Shown here: positions 26,495 to 40,140 of the stretch, piece after piece | Layout of the letters: each line of letters opens with the position of its first letter | Numbering within the stretch: the stretch's first letter is position 1 | Assembly (NCBI RefSeq): GCF_006345805.1 | Contig: NC_043003.1 | Location: 27,962,001-28,026,000 of the forward strand | Direction of reading: 5' to 3' | DNA: 64,000 nucleotides | DNA from: Octopus sinensis | Lineage: Eukaryota | Made by a program: the position numbers and the translations under genes | The notes under the pieces: model-generated | Databases searched by the model: none | The model's input: only the letters and a program-made list of their open reading frames with translations | Told to the model about the DNA's origin: nothing

Positions 26495-27269
26495 TTAATT
26501 TTGAAGGAAGTTTGAAACTCTATGATGTAAGGAAGCAAGTTCTAATCCCTTCCTCTGTGCTTCATTTCTGTTCTTTGATAGAATCATTACAAGACTGTAC
26601 TTTTGACCAAAAAGATCTTCAACAGGATGTTAAAAGTTAACTGAAGAGCAAAAAAAAAAAAATGTGGATGTTACAGCTGGGATATCCTTTCCCCATGATC
26701 ATTCAGTTTTCTTGATTAGAACTGATGCAAAGCTAAATAATAATTGGCTCTCAAACACCTGCCTCTCCAAGATTCTGTTGCATTTATGGCAATTCCAGTC
26801 CCCACTTCCACTGCCACCAATGCCACCATGGAAACAATGATAAAATCCCTACATAGTCACTAGCCCTGCTAAAAACTGCAGCTAAATCTCCCTCAGATTA
26901 CACACTAATAAAAGGACATGTTAATCAATAAAGCTCTAGATATATTGTGTTTGAAAAAGAGTAGATGGGATGGTCATGCCTGTAATGTCCATAATCAACT
27001 ATAGACATACTCAATTAGGGCTGACAACAACAACAACAACAACTCTCTGGAAAACCAGAAGTTCCATGCCATTCTGCCTGTCTGTTTGTCTTGTACATAG
27101 ACATAAACATGTTGAACGCAGGGCTTATATCAGAAGTGTGTATGTGTGTGTGTTGAATGTGTATATATGTGTTTATGCTTTCTTCTGTGTGTGTGTATCT
27201 GGAACAATTGCTTGGACAAGATAGACTGGCTGTATGAAGCCTTTAGATTTAGTTTTGTAATGTTGGTTA

Positions 27270-27305
<36 letters not shown>

Positions 27306-29998
27306 GCACATGTAAAATCACATGGGAAAATTATGCCATCTGGTTTATGAGATTTTCACTGTGTTCTGTAATAACCAGAATCCTCATTCTATCTATCTAT
27401 CCATAATGACCATTATCCCTACTAACTCTTTCCAGTCCCCTGCCCTCATCTCTCTCTCTCTCTTTCTCTACTTGTCTCTTACTCTTTATAGCTCTCCCTC
27501 TCTCTCTTCATCTGAATATGTATCTCTTTTGCTCTCTGTCTCTTCCCATCAACCTGTGTATGTATCTTTTTCTCTCTCTATGTGTGTGTGTATGGTTGTG
27601 TATTTGTATCTCTTTCTCTCTCCTTTATCTGTGTATGATGGTGGTGGTGGGGGGAAGTATGTGTCCTCCTCTCTCTCAGTCTCTATGTTTCTCTTTCTTT
27701 CTCTTGCACTTTAACACTCTCCTCTCCCTCTCTGCCTTTAACACTCCACTTTCCTCTTCCCTCTCTCCCCTTTTTCCATCCTATATGATTCTTCTCTCTC
27801 TCTCTCTCTCTCTGTAAAATTCCTTCTTCTTTTCTCTCTATGTTTGGTGTCTGTCTCTCAATATCTCTCCCTTTTTCCATTCCTTCCCAATCTCACTCAT
27901 CTCTTCCCCTCTCTCTCACTGTAACACCCCTCTCTATCTTACTTCTCTCTTTCTAATGTACCCCACCTTTTCTATGTCTTTCTGTCTGTCTGTATTCATA
28001 TTTCTCCCCTTCCCTTCTATCTCATTTCTCACTCTCTTTCTCTAATGCTCCTTCTCCTTCTTTCTCTCATCACCTTCACACTGAGGGATGGATGGATGGA
28101 GTCACTATTACAGTAATATCTCTGTGTACATCTCAATGTCTTGTATTGATGTGTCCACTAAAAACAAGTTAGGATTACAGTTGATAATTGCACACCACAG
28201 TCCACTCTACTGGCAGCAACATAGCAATAGTAGTAGTAGTAGTAGTAGTAGTAGTGTATTTCATATTTCATCATAATCATCATACTTATTACCATCACTA
28301 GTATACTTATAATAATGATAATGATTTTGAATTTTGGCAAGGGGAAATGTATCTCTGGCATGTTCCTAAGAAGAAGAAATATAGTCAAGTAAAGTGACCC
28401 TAGTAATTGACTTACCCTGGGTCAGAGTAGACCTGAAAACAGTAGTGCTTAAGAGGTGGTTCCACACTTGTCAAAACCCTGGAACCAGGACCCCACTACT
28501 AGATGCAGTTTAAGGTCGTACCCATGATCAACAGATATATACAAAATATGTGCCGGTGGCACGTAAAAACCATTGACCGATCGTGGCTGCTGCCAGCCTA
28601 CCCTGGCACCTGTGCCGGTGGCACATAAAAAGCACCCACTACACTCATGGAGTGGTTGGTGTTAGTAAGGGCATCCAGCTGTAGAAACATTGGCTCACCA
28701 GTCCTCAGTCAAACTGTCCAACCCATGCCAGTTTGGAAAGCAGACATTAAACGATGAACGATGATGATGATGATGGCATCATCTCCAGAGAGAACTGTCA
28801 CCAAGCGCCAGTCAAAGGAACCCTACAGATCAAGGTTTGCTCCGACTGCTAAATGTAAAGTGCCCTTTCTCAGCCCTTATTCACTAACTTATAGGTGTTT
28901 ACTGAGAACCAAGACAATTACTTTACTCATGTTCACCACTCCCATGCGCTGTTTAGTAGAGTGCAGCACTTCCCTCTCCACTGGAGTAAAGTGATATTTG
29001 AAGAAGTCAATGATGGCTTGCATAAAGAAGAAAATGTCTGTTACCACACAATCATCTTCTTGCTTGTCCTGGGCAAATGGAAGTGTTGAAATAATTTTCA
29101 TGATGGACTTGGCCAATAACTAACTAGATAATCTGGATCTGTGGTGTTCCTTAACTGATTCTAGTTGGAAGTTTTCCTATATCGGGGGAATGCATCATCC
29201 ATGTCCACACAGATTTTATATACTATATATAATTTAATCTCGTTTCCTGCTCTTCCTCTCTTCATTCTATGTAAATACTTATGCAAATTGTAAACTTTCC
29301 TTGTGATGTCCCCTCATCCGATGCACCAGTGGCAAATAAAAGACATCATGGTGGTGGTATTGAGGTGGCAGAGTTGTTGGAGCATTGGACAAAATCCTCA
29401 AAAATATTTGTTTCCAGTTTTTATGTTCTGAGTTCAAATCCTGCAGAGGTTAAATTTTGCCCTTTCATTCTTTTGGGGTGGGGGTGGAGGTCAATAAAAT
29501 TCATTCTACTCAAGTTGTTGGGTTTGATGAAAATTGACTGACCTCACCCCCTCAAATTTTAGCCCTTGTCCATATATATATTAGTAGTTGTCATAGTAAT
29601 AACGAAAACAGGTTAAGAAACATTCTTCTTTACCCCATGAAGTCTTAAACTGAATTTTATCATTACCATTATCATCATCATCAAAATCATCATTTAACAT
29701 CAGTCTTCCATCCTGGTATAGGTTGGAGGGTTTGACAGGAGCTGGCAAGCCGCAGGACTGCACCAAGCCCCATTATCTGCTTTTGCATGGTTTTCATGGC
29801 TGGATGCCATTCCTAATGCCAATCACTCTACAGAGTGGACTGGGTGCCTTTAACGTGGTCCCTGATAATCTTTTTTTTTCATTGCTGGTGGTAGTGGTGA
29901 TGGTGTAGTATAGTTGACTAGTGCTTTATCTTATTGACCCTAGGAGAATAACAGCTAGTGTTAACCTTGGTGGGATTTGAACTCAGAATGTAAGGGAT

Positions 29999-30332
29999 AC
30001 TCTCTTTTACTTGTTTCAGTCATTTGACTGCGGCCATGCTGGAGCATCGCCTTTAGTCGAGCAAATCGACCCCGGGACTTATTCTTTGTAAGCCCAGTAC
30101 TTATTCTATCGGTCTCTTTTGCCGAACCACTAAGTGACGGGTACGTAAACACACCAGCATCGGTTGTCAAGCAATGCTAGGGGGACAGACACACAAACAA
30201 AAACATATATACATATATATATATATACATATATACGACAGGCTTCTTTCAGTTTCTGTCTACCAAATTCACTCACAAAGCATTGGTCGGCCCGGGGCTA
30301 TAGCAGAAGACACTTGCCCAAGATGCCACACA
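29999..30332 (-). mobile_element. Family A CORE-like SINE (5'-truncated) inserted into a Meta-type SINE remnant
   Basis: Reverse complement of the family A body and tail. The flanks continue a Meta-type head (ggatttgaactcagaatgta ... aaatactgcaaagtattttgtcc). Confidence 0.8.
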
Positions 30333-31254
30333 GGATGTAGTTAAATACTGCAAAGTATTTTGTCCAGCTCTCGAATGATTCTACCAATATGCAATGCTAA
30401 TGACTTATTTTTTTCCATACAAGACCTGAAATTTAGTGGGTGTATGTGTGTGTGTAGTGGTTTCTCTATTGCATATCTGTGTCAGTGCATGTGAGTGGGA
30501 ATGAGTGAGGGTGCATACATATCTGTATGCGCTTGTATGCATGAGTGTCTGTAGATGTGTGTGTGTGTGTTTGTGCGCATTTATATATACTGTGTGTATG
30601 ATGGAGAGTGCGTAATTTGGGAATGTATTTCTGTACAAGCCATTATATGTGTAGATGTGCACCTGCATGTATGCATGTGTGTGTAAATGAAGCTAAAACT
30701 ATAAATCTTTACCATGCTAAATGGTTTTTTTATGGAAATCATGAAAGCAATATTCTGACTACAGCTTTGACATCTGACCACAGTGGCAGGCAGACGAAGA
30801 CACCTTTTTTTTTAAAAAAATGTTTTTTACTCGCTGGTACTAGAGGAAGAGGTATATTGATGTTGTTATATTCCTCATAAGTCATAGCAAACCAACACCT
30901 GTGGGGAGAGAATTCCTGAGGGTTCATGCTCTAGGAAAGGATTGGGCATACTAGTTAACCCAGAGCCTGGGAATGGTGTACACAACGAGACAAGTGGATT
31001 GCAAAGGCTTGAGTTAAGGTGGGTATGAGCCCAACAAATTTTGAGGAAGAGAAGGCATTGTAGTAGCTGTAGTTAAAATCACCCACTGCAGTCTCGGAGT
31101 GGTTGGCATTAGGAAGGGCATCCAGCTGTAGAAACTCTGCCAGATCAAGATTGGAGCCTAGTGCAGCTATCTGGTTCGCCAGTCCTCAGTCAAATCATCC
31201 AACGCATGCTAGCATGGAAAGCGGACGTTAAACGATGATGATATATATATATCG

Positions 31255-31402
31255 GGAGTGGCTGTGTGGTAAGTAGCTTGCTAACCAACCACATGGTTCC
31301 GGGTTCAGTCCCACTGCGTGGCATCTTGGGCAAGTGTCTTCTACTATAGCCCCAGACCGACCAATGCCTTGTGAGTGGATTTGGTAGACGGAAACTGAAA
31401 GA

Positions 31403-31434
<32 letters not shown>

Positions 31435-31647
31435 TATGTCTGTGTTTGTCCCCCTAGCATTGCTTGACAACCGATGCTGGTGTGTTTACGTCCCCGTCAC
31501 TTAGCGGTTCAGCAAAAGAGACTGATAGAATAAGTACTGGGCTCACAAAGAATAAGTCCCGGGGTTGATTTGCTCGACTAAAGGCGGTGCTCCAGCATGG
31601 CCGCAGTCAAATGACTGAAACAAGTAAAAGAAAAAAAGAAAGAAAAA

Positions 31648-31650
<3 letters not shown>
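31255..31650 (+). mobile_element. Family A CORE-like SINE
   Basis: Near full-length; matches 9510-9911 and 36906-37296. Confidence 0.85.
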
Positions 31651-31686
<36 letters not shown>

Positions 31687-31955
31687 CTTTCAGTGTCTAA
31701 GTTTCTGTGCTATCATGGAATGAACAGGAACATATTTCAGGCAAGCAGATGATCCTCTTTTGTCACCAATGCTTACCAGTTTTTCAAGACAGGAATTTTA
31801 AAAAAATTCTGCTAGTCTTCAAAAGCACAGAGTGATTGATCTTAATGTCAACAAGGAATGTAAACATCACTCACCACCATTTCCAACATTCATGCATATT
31901 TGCATGTGTGCATGCACACACGTGTAAATATATATAACCATCGTCATCATCTTAA

Positions 31956-32560
31956 CCCTTTAGTGTTTAAATCACCTGTGTCTGGCCCAAATATTCTACC
32001 TGTCTTATATTCAGATCAGCCAGATCTGGCCTCTCACACCTATCCTACAAAGTGGTTGTGTAGTAAGTAGCTTGCTTACCAACCATGTGGTTCCGGGTTC
32101 ATTCCCACTGCGTGGAACCTTGGGCAAGCGTCTTCTACTATAGCCTTGGGCCAACCAAAGCCTTGTGAGTGGATTTGGTAGACGGAAACTGAAAGAAGCC
32201 TGTCGTATATATGTATATATATATGCATGTGTGTGTGTATGTATATGTTTGTGTGTTTGTGTTTGCCCCCCCAACATCACTTCACAACCGATGGTGGTGT
32301 GCTTATGTCCCCGTAAATTAACGGTTCGGCTAAAGAGACCGATAGAATAAGTACTAAGCTTCCAAAGAATAAGTCCTGGGGTCGATTTGCTCGACTAAAG
32401 GTGGTGCTCCAGCATGGCCGCAGTCAAATGACTGAAACAAGTAAAAGAGTAAAGCGTAGATATTGTTGAGATCTCAATGTTACAATACAGTGCATGATTA
32501 ATTGTAAACAATGGCGATAGATAATAATACTTTTAACAGAGTACTCTTAATGCTAAAGAG
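31956..32560. mobile_element. piggyBac-like MITE carrying a nested family A SINE (32051-32455)
   Basis: TTAA|ccctttagtg at the left and aatgctaaagag|TTAA at the right, with the SINE body in between. Confidence 0.7.
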
Positions 32561-32879
32561 TTAAATATACATATATACTCATACATACATACACACACAC
32601 ACACACATATACATATATAAACACATATGACAGGATTCATGCAGTTTCTGACTTAACGTATTCTTTCACAAGGCACTGGTTGGTCCAGGGTGAAAGTCAA
32701 ATATTTACCTAAGATGCTGAACTTGAAATCATCTTGTTGTGGAGCAAATTTCTTGACCACAAAACTATGTCTGCACCTGTGTGTGCTGGGTTATGATGGG
32801 CAAATGAGAAAGAGTGCTCAATATATTTTGTCGAGGATGTGGATTTTTATTGAAACTGAAACTCATGTCATAAAACAAA

Positions 32880-32916
32880 CTCTCAGTGTCTATGTACATG
32901 TGTGTATGTGTGTGTG

Positions 32917-32948
<32 letters not shown>

Positions 32949-33291
32949 CGTATGTATACATATGCATACAAATGTATATATACTTACTCTCACACAAATA
33001 TGTTTATATACATACTCTCACACAAACATATATATATGTGTGTATGCATGTGTGTGTGTGTATGTATATATATGTGTATATGTGTGCGTGTGTGTGTATA
33101 TATATATATAAAATATTATATATGATATATATATATTTATATATAATATGTATAATGTATATGCACATATATATATAATTGATATGCACACACACACGCA
33201 CACATATATATATATATATATAGATATAGATATATATATATAATGTATATGCATATATATATGATATAATGCATATATATATATGATATAA

Positions 33292-33342
<51 letters not shown>

Positions 33343-33360
33343 ATATATATATATATTATG
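32880..33360. repeat. Long compound (TA)/(TG)/(CA) microsatellite; representative of dozens in the window
   Basis: Directly visible dinucleotide runs. Confidence 0.95.
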
Positions 33361-34115
33361 TAAGTATATTAGCATAATGTAACTACTTCATTGACAATTT
33401 GTTATTCATGAATGAAGTATGAGCAGACAGAGACAGAGAGGAGAAAAACTGCTGATGGCAGTGGTGGGGGGATGAGGAGTAAGTTCATGTGTATGTATTA
33501 GTGTGTGTTCGCACGTATGTGTGCACACGTGTGTGCTTGTCTGGGTGGGTAAAGGGTGGAAGCACTAATGAATTAACGCAGGGCCGGAACCTGAAACAAG
33601 TTTGACACCATTTTAGAAGGAAGAACGGAAACAACAACAACAACAACAACCATATACTCATTAAAGTATATTTTCCTTCGAGGAGAACACTTTGATTGTT
33701 GATGCAGTAAGCATTGTGGTGTATGTAATGTAGTTATTCTGAGAGCTGGGTGTTATGTTTAATGTAGTAATACGTGTGTGTGTATATATATATATATATG
33801 TATATATATATCATCATCATCATCATCATCATCATCATTGTTTAACGTCCACTTTCCATGCTGGCATAGGTTGGAAGATTTGACTGAGGAATGGCGAGCC
33901 ATATGGCTGCACCAGGTTCCAAACTGTTCTGGCAGAGTTTCTAGAGCTGGGTGCCCTTCATAACGCTAACCACTCCAAGAATGTAGTAGGTGCTTTTACA
34001 TACATATGTGTGCGCACACATGTGTGTGTGTGTGAGAGAGAGAGAGATAGTGTGGAACAGTATAGTTTGCATGAAGCATTGTCTGCTATATACCTGTAAA
34101 TGCATCTGTGTAGGT

Positions 34116-35126
34116 TCATCATCATCATCATCATCGTCGTTTAACGTCCGTTCTCCATGCTAGCATGGGTTGGACGGTTCGACCGGGGTTCTGGGAAGCC
34201 AGAAGGCTGCACCAGGCTCCAGTCTAATTTGGCAATGTTTCTACAGCTGGATGCCCTTCCTAACGCCAACCACTCCGTGAGTGTAGTGGGTGCTTTTTAC
34301 GTGCCACCTGCACAGGTGCCAGGCGGGGCTGGCAACGGCCACGGTCAGATTGTGTATTTTATTTGTGCCACCGGCACGGAAGCCAGTCGAGGCGGTGCTG
34401 GCATCGGCCACGAGTCGGATAGTGCTTTTTACGTACCACCAGACCAGGGATCCTGGCTGGTTCAATTCGATTTCGATTTCGCTTGCCCCAACATGTCTTC
34501 ACAAGCAAAGGGGGTTGGCAAGGGTGCCTGTCGTACGGTCGCATTGGAGTATTTTACGTGCCACGGCCACGAGTCGGATAGTGCTTTACGTACCACCAGA
34601 CCAGGGATACTGGCTGGTTCAATTCGATTTCGATTTCGCTTGCCCCAACATGTCTTCACAAGCAAAGGGGGGTGGCAAGGGTGCCTGTCGTACGGTCGCA
34701 TGGAGTATTTTACGTGCCACGGCCACGAGTCGGATAGTGCTTTACGTACCACCAAGACCAGGGATCCTGGCTGGTTCAATTCGATTTCGATTTCGCTTGC
34801 CCCAACATGTCTTCACAAGCAAAGGGGGTTGGCATGGGTGCCTGTCGTACGGTCGCATTGGAGTATTTTACGTGCCACGGCCCCGAGTCGGATAGTGCTT
34901 TTTACGTACCACCAGGCCAGGGATCCTGGCTGGTTCAATTCGGTTTCGATTTCGATTTCGATTTCGCTTGCCCCAACATGTCTTCGCAAGCATGGGGGGT
35001 TGGGATGGGTGTCTGTCGTCGGATGAGGTTCTATATCGACTTCGCTTGCCTCAACCGGTCTTTGTGTCCAAGGGAGGAAAGGCATTCATAAGTGGGCTGG
35101 GCTCACTTGTCCTGCCTGGTCTTCTC
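34116..35126 (-). mobile_element. Family B element expanded by an internal ~158-bp tandem array
   Basis: Family B tail at the left. Near-identical CpG-rich units start at 34406, 34565, 34721 and 34879. Confidence 0.85.
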
Positions 35127-35821
35127 GCGTACAGAATATTTCCAAAGGTTATAAGAAATAATATAAGTGGCTTTGTTCTTTTACTTTGTATTTCACTTTT
35201 TCAGAGTTAAGACTCCTTCATCAGGAAATCTTCCTGAAGAAGGGTTCCTAACCATTAACTTGTACTATTTCTTTTATTTCTTGCATCCTTTTGGTTTTCT
35301 AAAAAAAGGAATTAGAAACATTAATATCAATCATGTTCAGTAGAATTTCTTGTCACTTTTGTATCATGTTTTACTGCTTCAGTTCAGTTGTTGTTTGCAC
35401 TCGGAAATTTCATAGTATTTGAGGAAACCATAGCTCAAAAATGTGTAACATTTAACATATACACAGCTCTGTGAAAGTTCGTTTGTGAGTAGTGAATACT
35501 CATGGTAACTTTACAGAAATTTTCCATGTTGGCATGAGTTGCAAAGTTTGATAGGAACCTTAGAAAACCACATCTTGTTCCAGTGTCTAACCTGCTTTCT
35601 AAGGCTAGATATCCTTCCTGACACCAACCACATTACAGAGTGCATTTTTTCAAGGCACCAGCTTTTTAGCGGTTGCTTTGGCATCAACAAGACTAAAGAG
35701 ACCTTGCATGGTGGTTGGTACAAACTTAATATGGTGAAGATGTTAGTGGAAAGAATAAGAATGGACAGTATTGGAGTAAGAGTATTATGTATATATGCTT
35801 TACACATGGTGCTGTAAAATA

Positions 35822-36190
35822 TACTCTTTTACTTGTTTCAGTCACTTGACTGCGGCCATGCTGAAGCATTGCCTTTTAGTCGAGCAAATCGACCCCAGGA
35901 CTTATTCTTTGTAAGCCTAGTACTTATTCTATCAGTCTCTTTTGCCGAACCGCTATGTTATGGGGATGTAAACACACCAACATTGGTTGTCAAGCAATGT
36001 TGGGGGGACAAACACAGACACACACACACATATACATGATGGGCTTCTTTCAGTTTCCCTCTACCAAATCCACTTACAAGGCTTTGGTTGGCCTGAGGCT
36101 ATAGTAGAAGACACTTGCCCAAAGTGCCATGCAGTGGGACTGAACCTGGAATCATGTGGCTGGTAAGCAAGCTACTTACCACACAGCCAC
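35822..36190 (-). mobile_element. Family A CORE-like SINE
   Basis: Reverse complement of the family A consensus seen elsewhere in the window. Confidence 0.85.
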
Positions 36191-36859
36191 ATTACATACA
36201 TCTCTCTCTCTCTCTCGCTGGCCAGGTAACCATATACCTCCTCTACAGCAAGACACCTGTTTCTGTCTCTCTGTCACACTCTAACCTTTCATCATCTGGC
36301 ACAAGATCACCTCCTCCAATGCTCCTTTCCTTCTCAAAGGATCTTTGTTTTGCAAGTTACTTGGTGACCCTGTCTGTGCTGGTGCCACATAAAAAGTACT
36401 CAGTCTACTCTGTGGGATGGTTGGTGTTAGGAAGGGCATCAAACTGTAAAAACCTTGTCAAAAACAAACTCAGAAGTCCAGTGCAATCTTCTGCCTGACT
36501 AGCTTTTGTCAAACCATCCAGCCCATGCCAGCATGGAAAATGGACATTAAATTATGATGATGATGATACATAGATGTGTTTGCGTATGTGTAACTACATA
36601 TACGCATGTGCTTACACACTTATTTATGTATTAGAAACAGAACTAATAAGGTAAAAATGTAAATTGATACAATAAAAAACATAAGAAGCTAATTATTTTT
36701 TCACTTAATGTTGAAGAGTTATCTAGAAGTGGGAAATTAAATTGTTTTGTATGTATATGTAAAAACAATGTGTATATGTGTACATAAAATTAATACTAGG
36801 GGTTTGAAGTAGACAAGGCTAGTTTTTAAAACCATATATATATATATACATATAAAACC

Positions 36860-36891
<32 letters not shown>

Positions 36892-36905
36892 AACCATATA
36901 TATAT

Positions 36906-37077
36906 AGGCACAGGAGTGGTTGTGTGGTAAGTAGCTTGCTAACCAACCACATGGTTCCAGGTTCAGTCCCACTGTGTGACATCTTGGGCAAGTGTCTTCT
37001 GCTATAGCCCTGGGCCGACCAATGCCTTGTGAGTGGATTTGGTAGACGGAAACTGAAAGAAGCCCCTCGTATATATG

Positions 37078-37112
<35 letters not shown>

Positions 37113-37296
37113 TTGTGTGTCTGTGTTTGTCCCCCTAGCATTGCTTGACAACCGATGCCAGTGTGTTTATGTCCCCGTTACTTAGCGGTTCGGCAAAAGA
37201 GACTGATACAAAAGAATAAGTCCCGGGATCGATTTGCTCGATTAAAGGCGGTGCTCCAGCATGGCCGCAGTCAAATGACTGAAACAAGTAAAAGAG
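36906..37296 (+). mobile_element. Family A CORE-like SINE
   Basis: Full head, core and tail. Confidence 0.85.
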
Positions 37297-37769
37297 TATA
37301 TATATATCGTGTGTGTGTGTGTGTGTGTATATATGCATACAAACACACATATACACACATTGCCATTTAACATCCATTTTTCCATGCTTGTATCACTCAG
37401 ACTGTGTATGTTGAAGCAGATTTTCTATGTCACTCGTTTCCAAAGAAGGTAATATATTCCTGTAAATGGCCAGGTTTACATGGAAGATGTGATGCAACTG
37501 ACACAGCTTGTATGACAGTCACACTCGTTTACAGCTAACATGCAGTGTTCAACATGAAGACACATACACACACTCATGCATACACAACTAACTTTCAGTT
37601 TATGTCTATCAAATCCACCCACTAGAACCCACTCGCTCAAGGTGTAACTAAACCCAAAACCACATAGATGGCAAGCCAACTTCTTAAACATGCTGAGGCA
37701 CTGCCAACCATGTTGCTACATCTTCATTAATCTTCCTTTAAGGGTTGGCATTTGGTGAATGAGGGTGTT

Positions 37770-37970
37770 TGATGCTGCTGTCCCTCATTTAGTTTTGAAG
37801 ACATGTATATCTATCACATATAGGTCTCTCAGCTCCTTCAGGAGGATATTGGAAAGCCATGGGCCCTTGAATCTCAAGGGCCCACTGTATCTGACCCTGT
37901 ATTTTGACAGCAGGGAGGGAGGGATTTGGGGCACTATGCAATGGTACTCTATTCTGGCTTTTACTCTTTG
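37770..37970 (-). mobile_element. Decayed LINE ORF2 C-terminal fragment (CR1/L2-like)
   Basis: One minus frame reads GPWLSNILLKELRDLYVIDIHVFKTK, resembling the GP.LFN.LP..LR....FK..LD end of LINE ORF2. Confidence 0.55.
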
Positions 37971-38234
37971 TTTTTATGTCAAGCTTTACATAAAAAAACA
38001 ACATTTTGCATTAAACTGGACTGTTTAATTTTTTTTGAAAGAGTACACGCTTATTTAACTTTTAAAAGGTAAAGGTTGACAGGGACTTTGAAGTTTCTGT
38101 GTGCTCACATTTGTTAGAGGCCTGTTTAACTTCACCAAAGTTACTGTCAACCTTTTCATTGTAGAAGTTCAATATACACACAGACTCACATATTTACACA
38201 CACACACATACATATATACAATATATATATATAT

Positions 38235-38305
<71 letters not shown>

Positions 38306-40096
38306 ACCCATGCTAGCATGGAGAACGGACATTAAATGATGATGATATACATATATATATATATATACATATACAGACACACACGTGTGTGTTACATTCA
38401 ATTGCAATATATTCTTACGTTCATTTTGCTGGTGTGAGTATATGCATGGTAAATGTCTACAGTTGTACTCAAACATACACACAGAGCCATTTTTGTGTAT
38501 GGATATTGTGTACAAACACATGCATACAATTGTACATGTTCACACATACACACAGACAATTTTTAATGTGTTTACATCACGTTTCAGAGGATTTATAATC
38601 CAATGCTAATCCCAGCTGTAGATAATCCAGTTTTCAATGACATGTATCATTATCATCATCATCATCACACCACCATCACCATAAACACTATCATCATTAT
38701 GACCATAATCTTTATCATCAATACCACCACCACCACCACCACCACCACTACACAACCACCACTACACCACCATCGTCGTCGTCGTCCTAAGATTAGTATT
38801 TAATGGTGATGATGATTTAGTGGAAACAAAAGAGGATTCCTTAACACCACTGCTCCCCATTAGTTTCATTTCAAGGATTAAAAACTTTAGTTAAGGGGAT
38901 TTGATTGAGGAAAGCCTCATCTCTTCTTCCTTTTTCTCCTTGTTCCTACTCTCCCCTGCTGACACCCCCACCCCCACCCCATCTCTCAAAATTACCTCAC
39001 TTCCACAAATCCTCCCTGCCCCTTTCTCCACAGTTCTCAGTCTTTCCTCCCTTTTTGTCATTCGATCTGTCCTCCCCCCCCAACTTTCCTGCTTCTCTCT
39101 CTCCTTTCTCTCTACAATCTCTCTTTTTCTGCATCTTCCTCTGCCTCTCTTTATCTCTTTCTCCCTGCTTCCTCTCCTGTTTTTCTCTCTATTGTTTATC
39201 TCTCTTTCCTCTTACTTATCTCCCTCTCTCTCTCTCTCTCTCTCTCATTCTCTTTCTCTTCCTACTTCCCCTTGTATTATTTGATGTCAGCCATTGCATC
39301 ACCTAATTGGTGGTGGCATTGAAGAGGGCAAAGTGGCCAGGGTGCAGTGTGGGTTGTGATAATCATGGAGTGTGGGTGCACTCATTATGGTCAGTGGGTT
39401 CGGCAGGATTGATGTGGGGTGCTGGGGTGGATGTGAAGGTGGTTGACCATTGGGTGCAGCAATTAAGGGTGTGGATCCTTGCTATTTATAACAGTCACTA
39501 ACACCACCTATTCCTCTATTAATACCACTACCACCACTACCAATGACATTGGCATTGTGGCCATTACTACTACTACCACTATCATCATTATATATTATCG
39601 ATAATATCCTCGCCATCACCACCACCACCATCATCATCATCACTATAGACATTGGTATTACTGCCAGAACTACCACCACCACTCCTATTGATGTTTGTGT
39701 CATCACTGCCACCGTCACTACCATCATTATCACAACATCCACCAATATCATCATCACCATCAGTGTCACTATCATTGCCATCATCACAATCACTAACACC
39801 ACCACCACCACCACCACCACCACCACCACCACCACAATTATCATCTTAAGGTTGCTTCCATATAGTCTTTCAATCTGCTAGAAACAGCAGGTATATATGC
39901 ATGAATGTATCTCTGTGTGCATGTGTGTGTGTACATTATTGTATGTGTGTATAACACAGATATGTTTGTGTATGTGCATGTGTGTGTATATATATATTAT
40001 GTATATGCACACACATGCATGTGTATGCACTTTCTCATGTATGTGTGTGTATGTGAATCCAATTTTTTTCAGGTTGTCCACATATATGTGTGTGTA

Positions 40097-40140
<44 letters not shown>

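Noticed and set aside
34406-34990. CRISPR-like appearance of the regular repeats (also 15778-16320)
   Set aside because: The units are wholly repeated with no unique spacers, there are no cas genes, and the context is eukaryotic.
34157-35026. 289-aa and 201-aa ORFs with internal repeats
   Set aside because: They lie wholly within the tandemly expanded family B element and are antisense to its inferred orientation. The repeats mirror the DNA array.
34950-35126. HDV-like ribozyme at the 5' end of family B (hairpin gcttgc...gcaagc followed by gaa)
   Set aside because: I could not place P1, P2, P3 or the L3 motif, and a lone hairpin is not enough.
37860-37884. Perfect 11-bp hairpin tgggcccttga-atc-tcaagggccca
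   Set aside because: It lies inside a decayed LINE fragment with no terminator or ncRNA context, and is likely a local template-switch or chance palindrome.
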